In this document: positions 12,601 to 25,160 of the stretch, one piece after another
Numbering within the stretch: the first letter of the stretch is position 1
Layout: each line of letters starts with the position of its first letter
From: Podarcis erhardii
Taxonomy: Eukaryota
Reading direction: 5' to 3' (one strand)
Length of the DNA: 64,000 nucleotides
Assembly (NCBI GenBank): GCA_964252035.1
Contig: OZ176200.1
Position numbers and translations under genes: made by a program
The notes under the pieces: model-generated
The model's input: the letters and a program-made list of their open reading frames with translations, nothing else
Databases searched by the model: none
What the model was told of the DNA's origin: nothing

Positions 12601-13098
12601 GCACTAAAGTGGAAGGGAAGCTTCTCAGGATTCCGTGAATTTTCTCTGGCTGGTGTCCAAACACAGCTCTGACTTCATTCGTTGGCTAAAAACAAACAGA
12701 CAAAATCAGCCAGGCCGGTTCATTTCACAGAAATTGCTAGAGGGGCGCCTGCACATTTTGCTTCACAACTTTCTTTCTAAGGGGGAAAGAGACTGACCTT
12801 TCTTTAAAAATGAAAGCTCAGAATCTGTACCTCCTATCTGCGGCTGCCAATGAAGGCCTTCAGTGGTGCTGCGGCACCCGCGGGTGCCAGGTTGGCAACC
12901 CCTGCATTAAAACATTGTTTATAGTTTAATGTGACATGTTATTGCAAGTCTACTAAGAATATATATCAGTTCAAGGCATGAGTGGTCAAGCTTACTTGGT
13001 AGAGGATAGGGTTAGGGAACTATGCACTGCGGAACTATTGTTGTGGTGGTTGCATGTGTAGGAATTAACCATTGGGAATAATAACGTTATATTTCAGG

Positions 13099-13225
13099 AT
13101 GATGCTGGACTCAGTAAGCCACAATACCTTCTTGCCAAACACAATGCTATGTGAATCCCTGATGTCTTGGTCAGAACTGTTTGGAGCACCTGAAGAAAAC
13201 TACCCTCCATTTGATCACCTAACAG
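13099..13225 (+). CDS. ELF5: ELF5 coding exon 1 (exon starts at 13098)
   Basis: atttcag|G ATG ATG CTG GAC...ACA G|gtgggt; [28 protein letters not shown]. Confidence 0.95.
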
Positions 13226-16200
13226 GTGGGTACATTGGTGCTTCGTTAACAAGCACTCAACACAGTAACTGCCAGCTACTACTTTTACTTAATAATTTGA
13301 ATTGCACTGCAACCACAACAAAACATCCTCTACCCAAATAAATATGTCTTCCAGTGATGTAATATTCTGTGTCTGACCGTCTTTTCAGATACACTGCCCT
13401 TGTTCATTTATTGTGCAGAGACCTGGTTCACTGACAACTGTATCCATTTTTTATTCCAAATAAATATTTGTTGCTTTCATTCTTTACCTTTTTTAATTGT
13501 ATATGTAAGCCATTTCCGGTTCAGACCTTGAAAATAGGTTTATTTGCTTGACAGTCTGGTAGCTGAAAGGGCAGCTTACCATGTAAATCATGCAATCAAA
13601 GAGCTGAAAGGGAGATGATTATTATCTTGTTCAAGCCCGTTGCAAAGAAATACAAATCTATGCCTTAGAAATCCACAAGAGAAGCCTGACTAACCTTTTC
13701 TTGGAAACCTAGTGACCTAGTGAGTAGCTGATTCCACCATCACTTCTGGCATCTTAGAGCAGAACTAGAGGTTCTGCCTGACTAGACGCAGAACTACTGT
13801 CAGCTCATTTCTCTTTGTTTGCTTTCCCTTGTAAAATCTTACACAACACACTACTAGCTCAATTATTATTCTTGCACAGAGAGGAAAGAACTGATGTACT
13901 TAATGTGACCTGCCCCTGTCATTGCGCTGCTCATGCCAGTTGATCAAATGTTCTGCCGCAACTTCTCAGATGGAGAAGTTCAAGGATCTCAATGGCACAG
14001 GGAGCCTCCATGAGTAGAGAAGGCTCCCCACCGTGGAAGTTACAACTGAATTTCAGAGTAGCACAACAGTGGGGGCAGAGGAGAAAGCACAGCCTCTTAT
14101 CTGTCTCATGACTGAACAGAGTTTAATACGTGCTGTGCATCTCCCAATTTATACTCACATCATTGGCTGCTGAGAAGGGGGAGGCACACAGCATTGTAAC
14201 ATCTCATGCAGTGTGTTGTACAATATGCTATAAAAAAACATGAAAGCAAAAGGGAATTGGATGAACAATGGCACCTCCATGCCATAATATCCAGCTCCAT
14301 TCTTATTCCAAAAACTGAGCTGTTCCCAGAAGTATTTCCCTATGTTTCCACTAACTGTATGTTTCTTACTTTTGTGCTAAGTTGCTCTGCTTACTGAGGG
14401 GCAAACTAAATAATACATTTGCTTCATATCTGTGCCCTAAAATTCAGGGTTGTTGTTGGGGGGCTATAAAAATTGCTGGTGGGATCTGGATCAAGACCTT
14501 AGGCTGGGGAGTAGTGGGGCTAAACTCTTTACCATGTGCAATGTCCCTATGAAGTCCACATCAACAATTTGCATAGGGGAAAAGCTTCCTGTTCGCATAC
14601 TTCTTTTTGTTGGTTTCTTCTTTTATACTATTTCAAGCTTAACTTCATCGTCTTCTGACTTTTAAGCCTCTTGGTGTCCTTCCTCGCTTGTGTGTATCTT
14701 CATGGTTTCTCCTTTATTTTCCGTCTTGTTCTCTTAACACATCCTTTTATTTCATTAAAATGCCATTCCCTTATGCTCTCAGTGGCAGACCTTGGTTTCT
14801 AAAATTTTAGCAGCACCCTGTGTGCCAACATTCGGTGATCCTTCCATTCTACAGCATAGTTGTGGAGCCCCTGAGGCTCCCAGTGCAACCAAACTCGTGT
14901 TCCCCTAAATCTGCCTCTGGTGCTCTTCTCATCTTTGTGTTCCCTCTGCTTTTTGCATGACTCCTTACATGCAGTTCTTGCCTCTTGGCTATTTCACATA
15001 TATTTACTTCTCAGAAAATTATTTTTTTAAAATCTCATTTCCCGTCTCATGGTTTTGATCCTTTTTTATTCCTTAATCTTCATGTTAGCTACTGAACACA
15101 CACACACACAAAAATCCCATTCTCATTTTAACTTCACTAAGGTTTCTTCTGTAAACTTGTTTTTCCTTTTAGTTTCTGTTTAAATTATGAGCTCTGTGTA
15201 CAGCATATGTATAGTGCCACATAAACTTTAGGCCCCTTTTTACAAACATTAGGTTGTAATGCATCATTTGCAAATATGAAATGATGATGTCAGGAAACTA
15301 ATATTGACAACAGCCAATCCCTGTTGAGTTCGTCATGATAAACAAAATGGCCAGGTCAGAATTAAAGACTATGCACAAGTCCAGGAGCTGAGGATGAGAA
15401 TGTGCAAGTTTCTGTTCTTGTTTGCTTCAGCAGGGCCTTGTAGACAACTGGACTGCTTTTGCAAGAGAAGAGGGTGAAGTAAGTTCACTTCCTGTTTCTT
15501 CAGAAATCCTGATTGGCTGGAAGGAGCAGCCTGATGTTCTGTTCCCATGTGCAGCTAGACCAGCCAACGCCTTCACCTAACTCTCTCACCTAGCTCCCTG
15601 TTGCTTGGGAAAGGCTGTACAGAGCCAAGCTGCAATGACTAATGAAAAAGCAATATACAGTGGTACCTTGTTTTGAGTCCGGGATCAGTTCCGGAGCCCC
15701 GGATGCTCGATGAAAGGGACACTCGACAAAGCATGGCTCTGCGCACGCACATGAGCTGTTTTGCACTTCAGCGCATATGTGAGGCACAATATAGTGCTTC
15801 TGCGCATGCAGCAAACCCGGAAGTAACCTGTTCCGGTATTTCCGGGTTTGCCACGGACGTTCCACGAAATGGACACTAAACGGGCCGGACTAACAACAAG
15901 GTACTAGTGTACCAAGTGCAGTAGAAGTGTTCCTTATGCAATATTGACCTGGTGAATTGTTTGTGCTATATTTAGTTTTAGCTTCCTTCCAGATATCGTT
16001 TTTACTGCACAGTCATGATTTTTGAGCTCATGATGCTATCAGGGCAGTCACACACAATCCCACTTTCAATACTATTTGTGCCTGCAAAACCTTTTGGCAG
16101 CTATACTGCTTTATTTCCAGTCAGTGCATATTTTGTAACTTCCAGCTGCAATCCCCATACCCGCCAAGTGTCCCAGAAAAAACAGGACATCCCATATTTT

Positions 16201-19200
16201 TCTTGAGAGATCATGGTGGCCATTTTGGATGCTGCACTCTTTTGCCACGTTCACACCTTTTTTAAAAAAAAAAACACTTTTTCAGGGACACACACACCAA
16301 GAGCAATAATGGAGTAGCATTGGGAAAGCATCGCAGAACAACTAATGTAGTAGAATTAATCCAGAAATTAGATAAATAGCAGTCATCCATAAAAGAGCCG
16401 GCATCTTGTCACTTATTGCAGATATGAATTTGTTTTGTTCGGGCAATATTTGTCTATCCCATTGTTCTGTTGTAGGAGGATCCAGACTCTTATACTGGAG
16501 TGTTATTTATATTATTTATGCTACTAAAAGAAAGATAATCTATGACTTGTGCCCTGTGTCCTGAAGATCCTTTCTGAAAATACTTAATAGCACCATTTTA
16601 GCTGTAGGTATAAAATTACAATGCATAAATTTATTACTTTCACTAAATGCATTCAAAACTTGATAGTGGCTTTGAATTCCCACCAGATAATTTTTAAAAT
16701 CCAATTCAGTAATACAACAAGGTTCTTCATAAAGACCCATTCCCCAGTGGCAGAAATAGTAAATAAAACCTCAAGCAACAGCCCTCTTCTGCCATTGCTC
16801 TCATTCAGCATTTTACATTATTTTATCCTGGTATTCTACATTTTGTGTTGCATGCCCATGATTCTACACACGCTCTTGAAGTCACTATTGCTATCCATTC
16901 TTGCACAACTGCACAAGTTGGTGATATAGATTCTTCCCTCAAAAGTGTTAACGTACAATTTTTATTACTAGCAAAGCTGATATTTATCTCCATCAAGTCA
17001 ATCCATCAAGTTTTAGAAACAGTCACCAAAGCATTTCAAGGTTAATACATTTCAGCATCAGAAAAGCAGTTGACTTGGTCTCTTCAAGCTGTAGAGAACA
17101 GACACTGTAGAGAATATAGAGAGAAATGTATTTTATAAAGAGAGAAAAGTCCATTTCATAGCAATGAAATAGGAATCATGATTCATAACACATTTATCAT
17201 AAAAAAAAATCCTGTTAAAATCAATTTCCTGCTAAAGCTAGGTCCAAGTGGATTAATAAATATTGATAAGCATACATGTTGCCTGCCTTGATCAGACAAT
17301 CTAGTCTGATAGTTTGTCTCCAATACTGATTGGCTAGAGCTCTTTTCAGATGTTATAAAATGCCTGGATAAAGAATAATCAGTGAGTGAATAAGGGAGCT
17401 GGATTGTGAATTTCTGCATAAACTCTGTGCCTAAATTGTCATTTTTGTCTCAGTTTTGCCCTGTTCCATCCCACTGTCTTCCCATATCTATGCCCCATAA
17501 TACATTGTGCAACACTGCTCATGTAGCTATTGCAGTTCCCCCAAATGTTACCAGCTTAGGGACAGAAATTCTCCTGCTGCACAAGTGTAGGGTTGCCATA
17601 TTTCAAGAAGTAAAAATCCAGACACAGTTGCTCAGCTTTTGGGGGCGGTTGTTCAAAAAGTTGTTGAGCACTTCCAATGGGGAACAGACAAAGTCCTGGA
17701 TATTTACATTTATGATAATAGGACATTGCCACAGATTGTGATCCTTGCACAAAGATATTGAAACTAGCCCTAACCAATATTTGTTAACACAGTGTTTCCA
17801 TTTAAACTTTTGATGTCTAAAATAAACCATCCACAGTTTAAATGTATTGCTTTTTTTCCTTCATTGCACTGTGGCAGGTTCTGATTCTTCCTGGACATCT
17901 GTTTACCCCGAATACTGGACGAGAAACAACGTATGCGAGTGGCTACAATTTTGTTGTGATCAATACAAACTGGATGCCAACTGTATTTCATTTTCCCACT
18001 TTAACATCAATGGCCAACAACTGTGCGGCATGACCCAAGAGGAGTTTCTAAATGCTGCAGGCATTTGTGGTGAATACCTGTATTTCATCCTACAAAACAT
18101 CAAGGCTCATGGTCAGTGTGCCAAAGATATGAGTATGATTGTTTCATTCTGACTGTGACTGGTAATATTTGCACAAGGCAGTGAGCTGACATCCACAGAG
18201 ATTTATACGTTGCACTGAACCACACTTTGGTCTGGGCATGTATGTAAAGCAGTGTGGGGAAAACAAGAATAAAACAAGGTGGAAAGTGAATTTTACACAA
18301 GAATAAACCTTTTTACAAATTCATATCTTGTGCTGTAGGCAGGTAGACAAGATTGCGACAGGGGAACAAGGACGTGGAAATTAAAAAGGGAATATACAAG
18401 GGAAACTAGGTTTTTGATGAAGTGTAATGGAGGAGTCTGAAATGCTACAACCGTAGCACAGTATTGTAGTTTTAGGAGTCTGTTTTGGACCAGGGATTGG
18501 GTTTTTTTAATGCAGTGTATGTATCGAAAGTCTCAATACAGACATTTATTATTAAAAACGTTTCTGGTTTTCTCTATAGGTGTCTCCTTCTTTCACGACA
18601 ATGAAGATACAAAGTCATCTGAAAAAGATTGTAAGTAAACTTTTTTAAAGTGTGTGTTTTTCTAGATAAGTGAAAGCTCATAGCTAAAAGCCGTAACTGC
18701 AGCTTCAATATACAGCAGTCCACAGGGACCAGAACTCGCAGGGTGACCACTGGAGAGACAAACCTGGTCCCATGAAATTTAACATTTGGTGTTTGAAAGC
18801 TCAGTGCTCTTCCCAATGTTCTTTAGAATCTATGTGAATGAAACCACTGGGAATTTTGAAGTTGGGTGTGACCACTGTACTTATGACACCCAGCTCTATG
18901 TCTCATAAGCTGTGTTCAAATGGATTTGGACACATAGACTGAAACTGAATCCAGGAACGTTGGAGGTGATACTGTCCTGGAGGATGAAATATGGCAACAA
19001 TTGAAGAGCCTAGTTATTACTGTTTATTAAATTTCTATACCACTCTTCATCCGTGGTTCACAGATGCTTTACAATAAAAAACCCACAAAAATACATAACA
19101 AATGAAAACAATAATCCCACACACATATTGTTTAAAATACCATAGATTGATAAGCAAGTTTTGTGGTACATAGAACAACACTCTGGCAATTAAATCCTTT

Positions 19201-22200
19201 GTGCAGGAAAAAGGTAAAAAGTAAAGGACCACTGGATGGTTAATTCCAGTCAAAGGTGACTATGGGGTTGTGGCACTCATCTCGCTTTCAGGCCAAGGGA
19301 GCTAGCGTTTGTCCACATACAGCTTTCCAGGTCATGTGGCCAGCATGACTAAACCGCTTCTGGCACAACCGCTTCGGGCTGGCGGAAGTGGCCAAGGAGT
19401 GGGCCAGGGAATACCGTGATGGAAGCCAGAGCGCACGGAAACGTTATTTACCTTCCCGTCACAGCTATACCTATTTATCTACTTGCACTTGTGTGCTTTC
19501 AAACTGCTAGGTTGGCAGGAGCTGGGACAGAGCAATGGGAACTCACTCCATCATGGGGATTTGAACCTACGACCTTCTGATAGGATAGGAACTTTGCCCA
19601 CAATGACTGAAATTTCCAAGGTTGACTACTGTAATGTGTTTTATATGGGGCTTTTTTAAGACTAAAAAAGTATAAGTTGCTGCAAAATTGCTGCAGTCTG
19701 TCTCCTGTTAAATGTCCAGAGAAGGGAACATGTGCAGCCTTGGTTATGCCAACTGTACAGTTTACCGGAGCATTTATTCCAGGTCCAGCTCAAGTTGTTT
19801 GTTTATGCCTATGAAAGTTTACACAGTCTGGGATCCATGGTCTCATAGACCATGGGCCAAACTTAGATATGACATTAAAACACGTCTTTGTATTAACATA
19901 CACATTAAATGAAATTGCTCCTCCTGCAATTTCAAGAAAGAAGATCCAATGTATTTTTTTATCAGAAATGCAGCAAGGGAGGAAAGGGTTTTAAAAACCC
20001 ATAATACAATGCTGCTAATATCCCTATTTGTATGGCTGATGTTTGCTTTCCTCTTCCTCTTCCTCTTTCTCTTCCTCTTCCTCTTCCTCTCCTCCTCCTC
20101 CATCTTATGCCCACATAAAATGCAACAACAACAACAAAGAGCATTTATCACAATGGCTAGTTTGGTACTTGATCTTCCTGCCATCTTTGTTCATCAAATA
20201 AGCCCTGCATTAGTTTGCATATATTTGTGCTCTGTGAAATCTGACACTGGAAACAGAGCCCTTGCAGCATGGTCCTGAGGCTATGGAACAATTCTTTCTG
20301 GAACTGAGCAATGTTTGATACCCCTTTTGGTCAGGCTTTTGGGGATTTCTGCCTAGACCAATTTTTTGATTGCCTCAAGCATTTCTAGTTATTTTGTTCG
20401 GTTTTTATTTATTTTTGAAGTTTCCTCTTTTTCTTTGCTCTTTTTCTTTGTTGCAAGCCACTTTGGACAGATTTTGGAAATGCTATTAAGTAAATAAATG
20501 GGACATGACCAAAGACCTGTGTAAATATAGGATCATATTTTGTGGTTCTCGGTTGTGCAAGTCTCTTAGAAACCAGACCCATAGGTTTACACTGTGCTTT
20601 TCCAAGCATTTGCAAAAAACACCAGCACTTGCAAAAAAAAAGGAAAATCTGCATCAACACTAAATCTGCATCAACACTGCATCAACACTAAAGAGCAGCA
20701 CAGAGTTACCAATGTCCAATAATGAACTTTGACACTGCCTACAATACTCCATAACTATGGCCTTCAGATTATACTGTAGGTAGAAGCACTATTTACATAG
20801 AGATACAATCAGGACACACTGTGTTTCCAAATAACCATGTTTTCAGATAATTGAAATCTGGCCACTGGTATCTTATGTACTTCTCTCTCTTTTTCAGCTG
20901 CCAGTTTAGCTAACTGTCCAGCTTCTGGTTAATAATTCATTTTGCTTTATCTTTATGTTAAAGTTGGATTTTTATGTTAAGATAAATCACAGACTCATGT
21001 TGGTTTAGTATTGCATGGAATGTTATTAGGTGAACACTTTGACCTCTTTAAGTCACATTGTCACCCGACCCTGAAATTCATCCATATTTATTTATGTCCA
21101 TGCTTTTTTTAAAAAATCTTTTCCAGATATTGATAAGGCATGTTTGAGGACAGGTGGCATCAAGAGCCAAGAGTTTCAAAGTCACAGCAGAACAAGTAGG
21201 TATACCTCCGCCATCTATAGCCTTTGAAACATCATAGAAAATGTCACTGTTTGCAGTATATCTCCAAGTACCCTTGTAGTCTGTATGAACGGTGTTTGTT
21301 TTCATTTTAATGTTTATTCCAGTTCTCATATATAAGCAATAGTTACATACCTACTGCAATGGTCACATATCACACAGCCACCAGGTGGCACTCCTAATCC
21401 TAATCCTAATCCAAGAGACAAACACCTTTTCAGGTTGCTACTGGAGAATAAACTCAAAAAGCAGGTGTTGTAGGCCTTGAAGGCCCAAAGATGAAGAAGC
21501 AGCCGTGTCTAACTAGGCTTTTCCTGTTTTTTACTAGCAGTTTCGAGACACAACAGCTACAAAATCACTGCAGCCCAGTTGTGGGGAAAGCTCCATACGT
21601 TTACTTATTCCTGTCACAAGGGAATTCTCTCATACTCTTTTTTTTTAAAAAAAATGGCAACTCTACATTTAGTCAGGAGGAGAAAAGAAGCAGAGGAAGG
21701 GGTGGAGCAGCTGAGAAAGCACAAAGCCTGAGAATAAAGAAATAAAGAGAGTCAGAGGATGGTTTGGAAGAATGCTGAACAAACAAGAATGAATAAAGAC
21801 AGGATATGAAAAGCATCCAAAGGATCCGTGGAAGAATTGGTTTGGAAGCTATCAGCTGTGGCGTGTGTGGCAGGGTGGAACTGTGGAGCCACCCTCCTGG
21901 TGCTGGCATTGCTGCTGTTTACCTGGATGGGGCAGCAGCAAGGGTGGGGCCATCAGTGCACCTGCATGGCCCTGCCCCATCCTGGCAAGCAGCAGAGGCA
22001 GCAGTATCAGCAAAGCAGCTCCACAGCTCCACCCAACCACACCAGTTGCTACTAGTCAGTAGGAGTGGAGGCATTTGGTCATATGCATAAAAGATATGAA
22101 TAGCTCTAAAGTGGAAATGGTGATTATATCAGTTTTCTGTGTGCATGAATAGCATGCAAAGAAGGCTGTGCTGACTAGGGCAAATTCGCTCAGTAAGTTT

Positions 22201-25160
22201 CATAGTAGAGGGAGACGAGCTGCGTTCTCACAAGTCTGCCACAGGCATATATCCCTTTACTGCTTTTTTTAAAAAGATCTATTTATTTGAAATTGTTGAA
22301 TAAGCTGTAATGTGTGTGTGTGTGATTTTTTTTTAATAAAAAACCTAGCTCTTATTATTTGATCTGATTTTGCAATTTAGTTTCAAATATAGCAGAGCAA
22401 AACCTGAGTTTATTATGTACGCATACAGACTCTTCTTATTAAAATCTGAAGTGGGGCCATTGCATTTCAAGTTCGGATTTGGGGAATAGAAGAGGTTCAG
22501 CAGAAATTATCAGCATTAGCTTCCTGCAGCTGTAAACCTCCTTGAACTCAAGAGATGATGACTCAAGCACACTCATAGTTCATTCATTTCCTTAAATTGT
22601 TTGTTCTCCAGCTTCATGGGGATGGAGAGTTCAACAGTTAATTTCAATAGAAGTGTCAACACTCAAGCACAGCTGGGTATCAACCCATAAGCAATGAGAA
22701 TGCCATAATAATCATATTGTACATTGTATATACTGTATGTATGTACCGTATTTATGCAAATCTAATGTGCCATCGAATCTAATGCACACCTCAATTTTCA
22801 AAACCTTGAAAACAAAAAAGTATTTGCTGGCACCATCAAATCTAATGCACACCCTAATTTTTGTGAGGTCATTTGGCCAAAATGGTGCACATTCCATTCA
22901 AGTAAATATGGTATGTATAGTGATAGATAAATCAATATTAATACCAACAGTTGTGTTGCAAAAATGAGGGTACTGAGAAATGAAAATATTTAGGGGAAAA
23001 TATCTAAGGGGGTCTTTGTCCATGGAGTTTTCTTTGCAGGGATACTGGAGTGGCTTGCCAGTTCCTGCTCCAGGTGGATCATATTTGGTCAAAACTCTCC
23101 ACTATGACCTATCTGTCTCGGGTGGCCCTGCACAGCATAGCTCATAGCTCCTCTGAGTTATTCAAGCCCCTTTGCGATGACAAGGCAGTGGTCCATGAAG
23201 GATCATGGGCTCCATGAACATTGCAGATGGTGACAGCAGTCACGAAATTAAAAGACGCCTGCTTCTTGGGAGAAAAGCAATGACAAACCTAGACAGCATC
23301 TTAAAAAGCAGAGACATTACCTTGCCAACAAAGGTCCATATAGTTAAAGCTATGGTTTTCCCAGTAGTGATGTATGGAAATGAGAGCTGGACCATAAAGA
23401 AGGCTGATCGCCGACGAATTGATGCTTTTGAATTATGGTGCTGGAGGAGACTCTTGAGAGTGCCATGGACTGCAAGAAGATCAAACCTATCCATTCTCAA
23501 AGAAATCAGCCCTGAGTGCTCACTGGAAGTTCAGATCGTGAAGCTGAGGCTCCAATACTTTGGCCACCTCATGAGAAGAGAAGACTCCCTGGAAAAGACC
23601 CTGATGTTGGGAAAGATTGAGGGCACAAGGAGAAGGGGACAACAGAGGATGAGATAGTTGGACAGTGTTCTCGAAGCTACCAGCATGAGTTTGACCAAAC
23701 TACAGGAGGCAGTGGAAGACAGGAGTGCCTGGCGTGCTTTGGTCCATGAGGTCACGAAGAGTTGGACATGACCAAATGACTAAACAACAACATCTAAGGG
23801 GGTAAAAATATTCAGAAATAGCCCAGTGATGACTGAGAATGCCCAGAGGCCATGGAATTCTGAATGTCCATATGTGGGGGGCAGGGTTTGCAGGAGAAAA
23901 TATTGCAAAAACTAAGAGGAAACAAAGTGAATGTATTATCCTGAAAGTATGATTGATGGCTGGAACACTAAGCAGAAGCACTCCACATTTGTTACAGGTC
24001 CCAGTTGTCACTGCTGATATTTGAGAACCGATTGTGGCTTCTACACAGTAGTGAGGAAACAGCATTTTGCATGTGCTCAGTGGCATTATTACCATTTAGT
24101 CTTCACAAGTCCCTAGGGTGACACCTAAAGGGGTCTAGTCAAATGCTGTTTAGCACTATCTCCAACCAAGCATGGTTATTTTTGTAATGGCCCATGTCAG
24201 TTTGCTCTACAGATTTGCAGTGTAGTGTGCCACTCCCCTTCCCTGCATCATAGTCCTCCTACCCAAAGGGAATTCTCAAAACCCTTGCTTCTGAAATGAG
24301 TTTTTACTAGTAAAAACTATGTGCTGCTTTTAATTCTTGTAGGTCTACAGAGCTCTCACTTGTGGGAATTTGTAAGAGACCTCCTCCTGTCTCCTGAGGA
24401 GAACAGTGGTATTCTGGAATGGGAAGACAGAGACCAAGGCATCTTTCGAGTTGTTAAATCAGATGCTCTAGCAAAGATGTGGGGGCAAAGAAAGAAAAAC
24501 GATAGAATGACCTATGAAAAACTAAGCAGAGCACTCAGGTAAGCTATTTATTTAATCGGTATTATATAAGACAGCTGATTTCACAGTTTAACTCGTTCCA
24601 AATATTTATTTTTGTTATGCTGTATAATGCAAAGGTCATGAGACACAGCTATGGCTCTTTTGATTAAAGATAGGATCATGTTGCCAAATCTGTGAGTAGA
24701 ATAAATGAGGATAATGAGACATTAGTCAACAGATCATTTGCCAACCTACCTAATGAATATGCCGCTTAATACTATAACCTTACCATTTCCCTTGGCAACA
24801 ATCCTAGAATTTGACTCTGAACTGTTTTCTTAGGAAAACAAATGTAATGCACAGTGTTTCAAAAGGAGGGAGTTGAAAAGAGTCTGGGAAAGTGTTGAAC
24901 TCTGAGCAGTTTAACTGTGCTGTATGTGTGCAAGTTCCCCTTTGCCAGAAGACTAGAGTGGTCTCTCAAAAAGAATGTCTTATTGACTAGCATAGTAAAA
25001 CATTTAACATGGTACTGTATGTTAAAGCTGTTTCTAAGTCCAACTTCAATTTTGTTGTTGCAGATACTATTATAAAACTGGTATTTTGGAACGAGTGGAC
25101 AGGAGGTTAGTGTACAAGTTTGGAAAGAACGCACATGGATGGCAAGAGAGCAAGCTATGA
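13099..25160 (+). CDS. ELF5: ETS-related transcription factor ELF5, complete CDS in 6 exons (774 nt, 257 aa; 256 aa from the second ATG at 13102)
   Basis: Spliced product [14 protein letters not shown]...HPEY-like [21 protein letters not shown] (PNT) ... [20 protein letters not shown]...[38 protein letters not shown]. All introns are GT-AG and phases join in frame. Confidence 0.97.
15658..15909. mobile_element. Tc1/mariner (Tigger-like) MITE in an ELF5 intron
   Basis: TIRs cagtggtacctt / aaggtactagtg flanked by TA. Confidence 0.75.
17878..18111 (+). CDS. ELF5: ELF5 coding exon 2 (PNT/SAM domain, 234 nt)
   Basis: ggcag|GT TCT GAT...CAT G|gtcagt; [35 protein letters not shown]. Confidence 0.97.
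18580..18630 (+). CDS. ELF5: ELF5 coding exon 3 (51 nt)
   Basis: ctatag|GT GTC TCC TTC TTT CAC GAC...GAT T|gtaagt; [16 protein letters not shown]. Confidence 0.92.
19209..19581 (-). mobile_element. Sauria (Squam1) SINE, older variant with an internal insertion
   Basis: (ACCTTT)-type tail, core gtcatgtggccagcatgactaa and tRNA-like head; about 40 extra nt compared with the other copies. Confidence 0.85.
20049..20101. repeat. (CTCTTC)n pyrimidine microsatellite
   Basis: Direct inspection; the source of the RKRKRK, FLFLFL and GRGRG ORFs. Confidence 0.9.
21127..21195 (+). CDS. ELF5: ELF5 coding exon 4 (69 nt)
   Basis: ttccag|AT ATT GAT AAG GCA TGT...ACA A|gtaggt; (Y)[22 protein letters not shown], matching human CLKTSGIKSQD..SHSRT. 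Confidence 0.93.
21862..22045. repeat. Imperfect long inverted repeat (probable decayed MITE)
   Basis: Arms gggtggaactgtggagc...ctggatggggcag and ctgccccatcctgg...gctccacagctccaccc. Confidence 0.6.
22745..22870. mobile_element. Probable Tc1/pogo-type non-autonomous fragment
   Basis: Starts taccgtattt and has repeated aatctaatgcacacc subterminal motifs. Confidence 0.4.
23014..23791 (+). mobile_element. BovB (RTE) LINE insertion with an inverted 5' segment
   Basis: 23205-23657 encodes the BovB RT C-terminus ([28 protein letters not shown]...[16 protein letters not shown]) and runs to a (CAA)n tail; 23014-23204 is BovB 5' sequence in reverse; 12-bp TSD ATCTAAGGGGGT (23002-23013 and 23792-23803). 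Confidence 0.9.
24343..24538 (+). CDS. ELF5: ELF5 coding exon 5 (ETS domain, 196 nt)
   Basis: ttgtag|GT CTA CAG AGC...CTC AG|gtaagc; [28 protein letters not shown]...[10 protein letters not shown]. Confidence 0.98.
25064..25160 (+). CDS. ELF5: ELF5 last coding exon (97 nt to TGA)
   Basis: ttgcag|A TAC TAT TAT AAA ACT GGT...AAG CTA TGA; [31 protein letters not shown]. Confidence 0.97.

Noticed and set aside
12873-12888. Perfect 16-bp GC palindrome GGCACCCGCGGGTGCC upstream of the first ELF5 coding exon
   Set aside because: Too short to assign a function and sits in sequence resembling a DNA-transposon end.
19843-20278. ORFs with RKRKRK, FLFLFL or polyQ tracts
   Set aside because: Translations of the (CTCTTC)n and (CAA)n microsatellites.
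13099-25160. Alternative identity as EHF or ELF3
   Set aside because: The N-terminus MLDSVSH, the PNT exon and the C-terminus [10 protein letters not shown] match ELF5 specifically.
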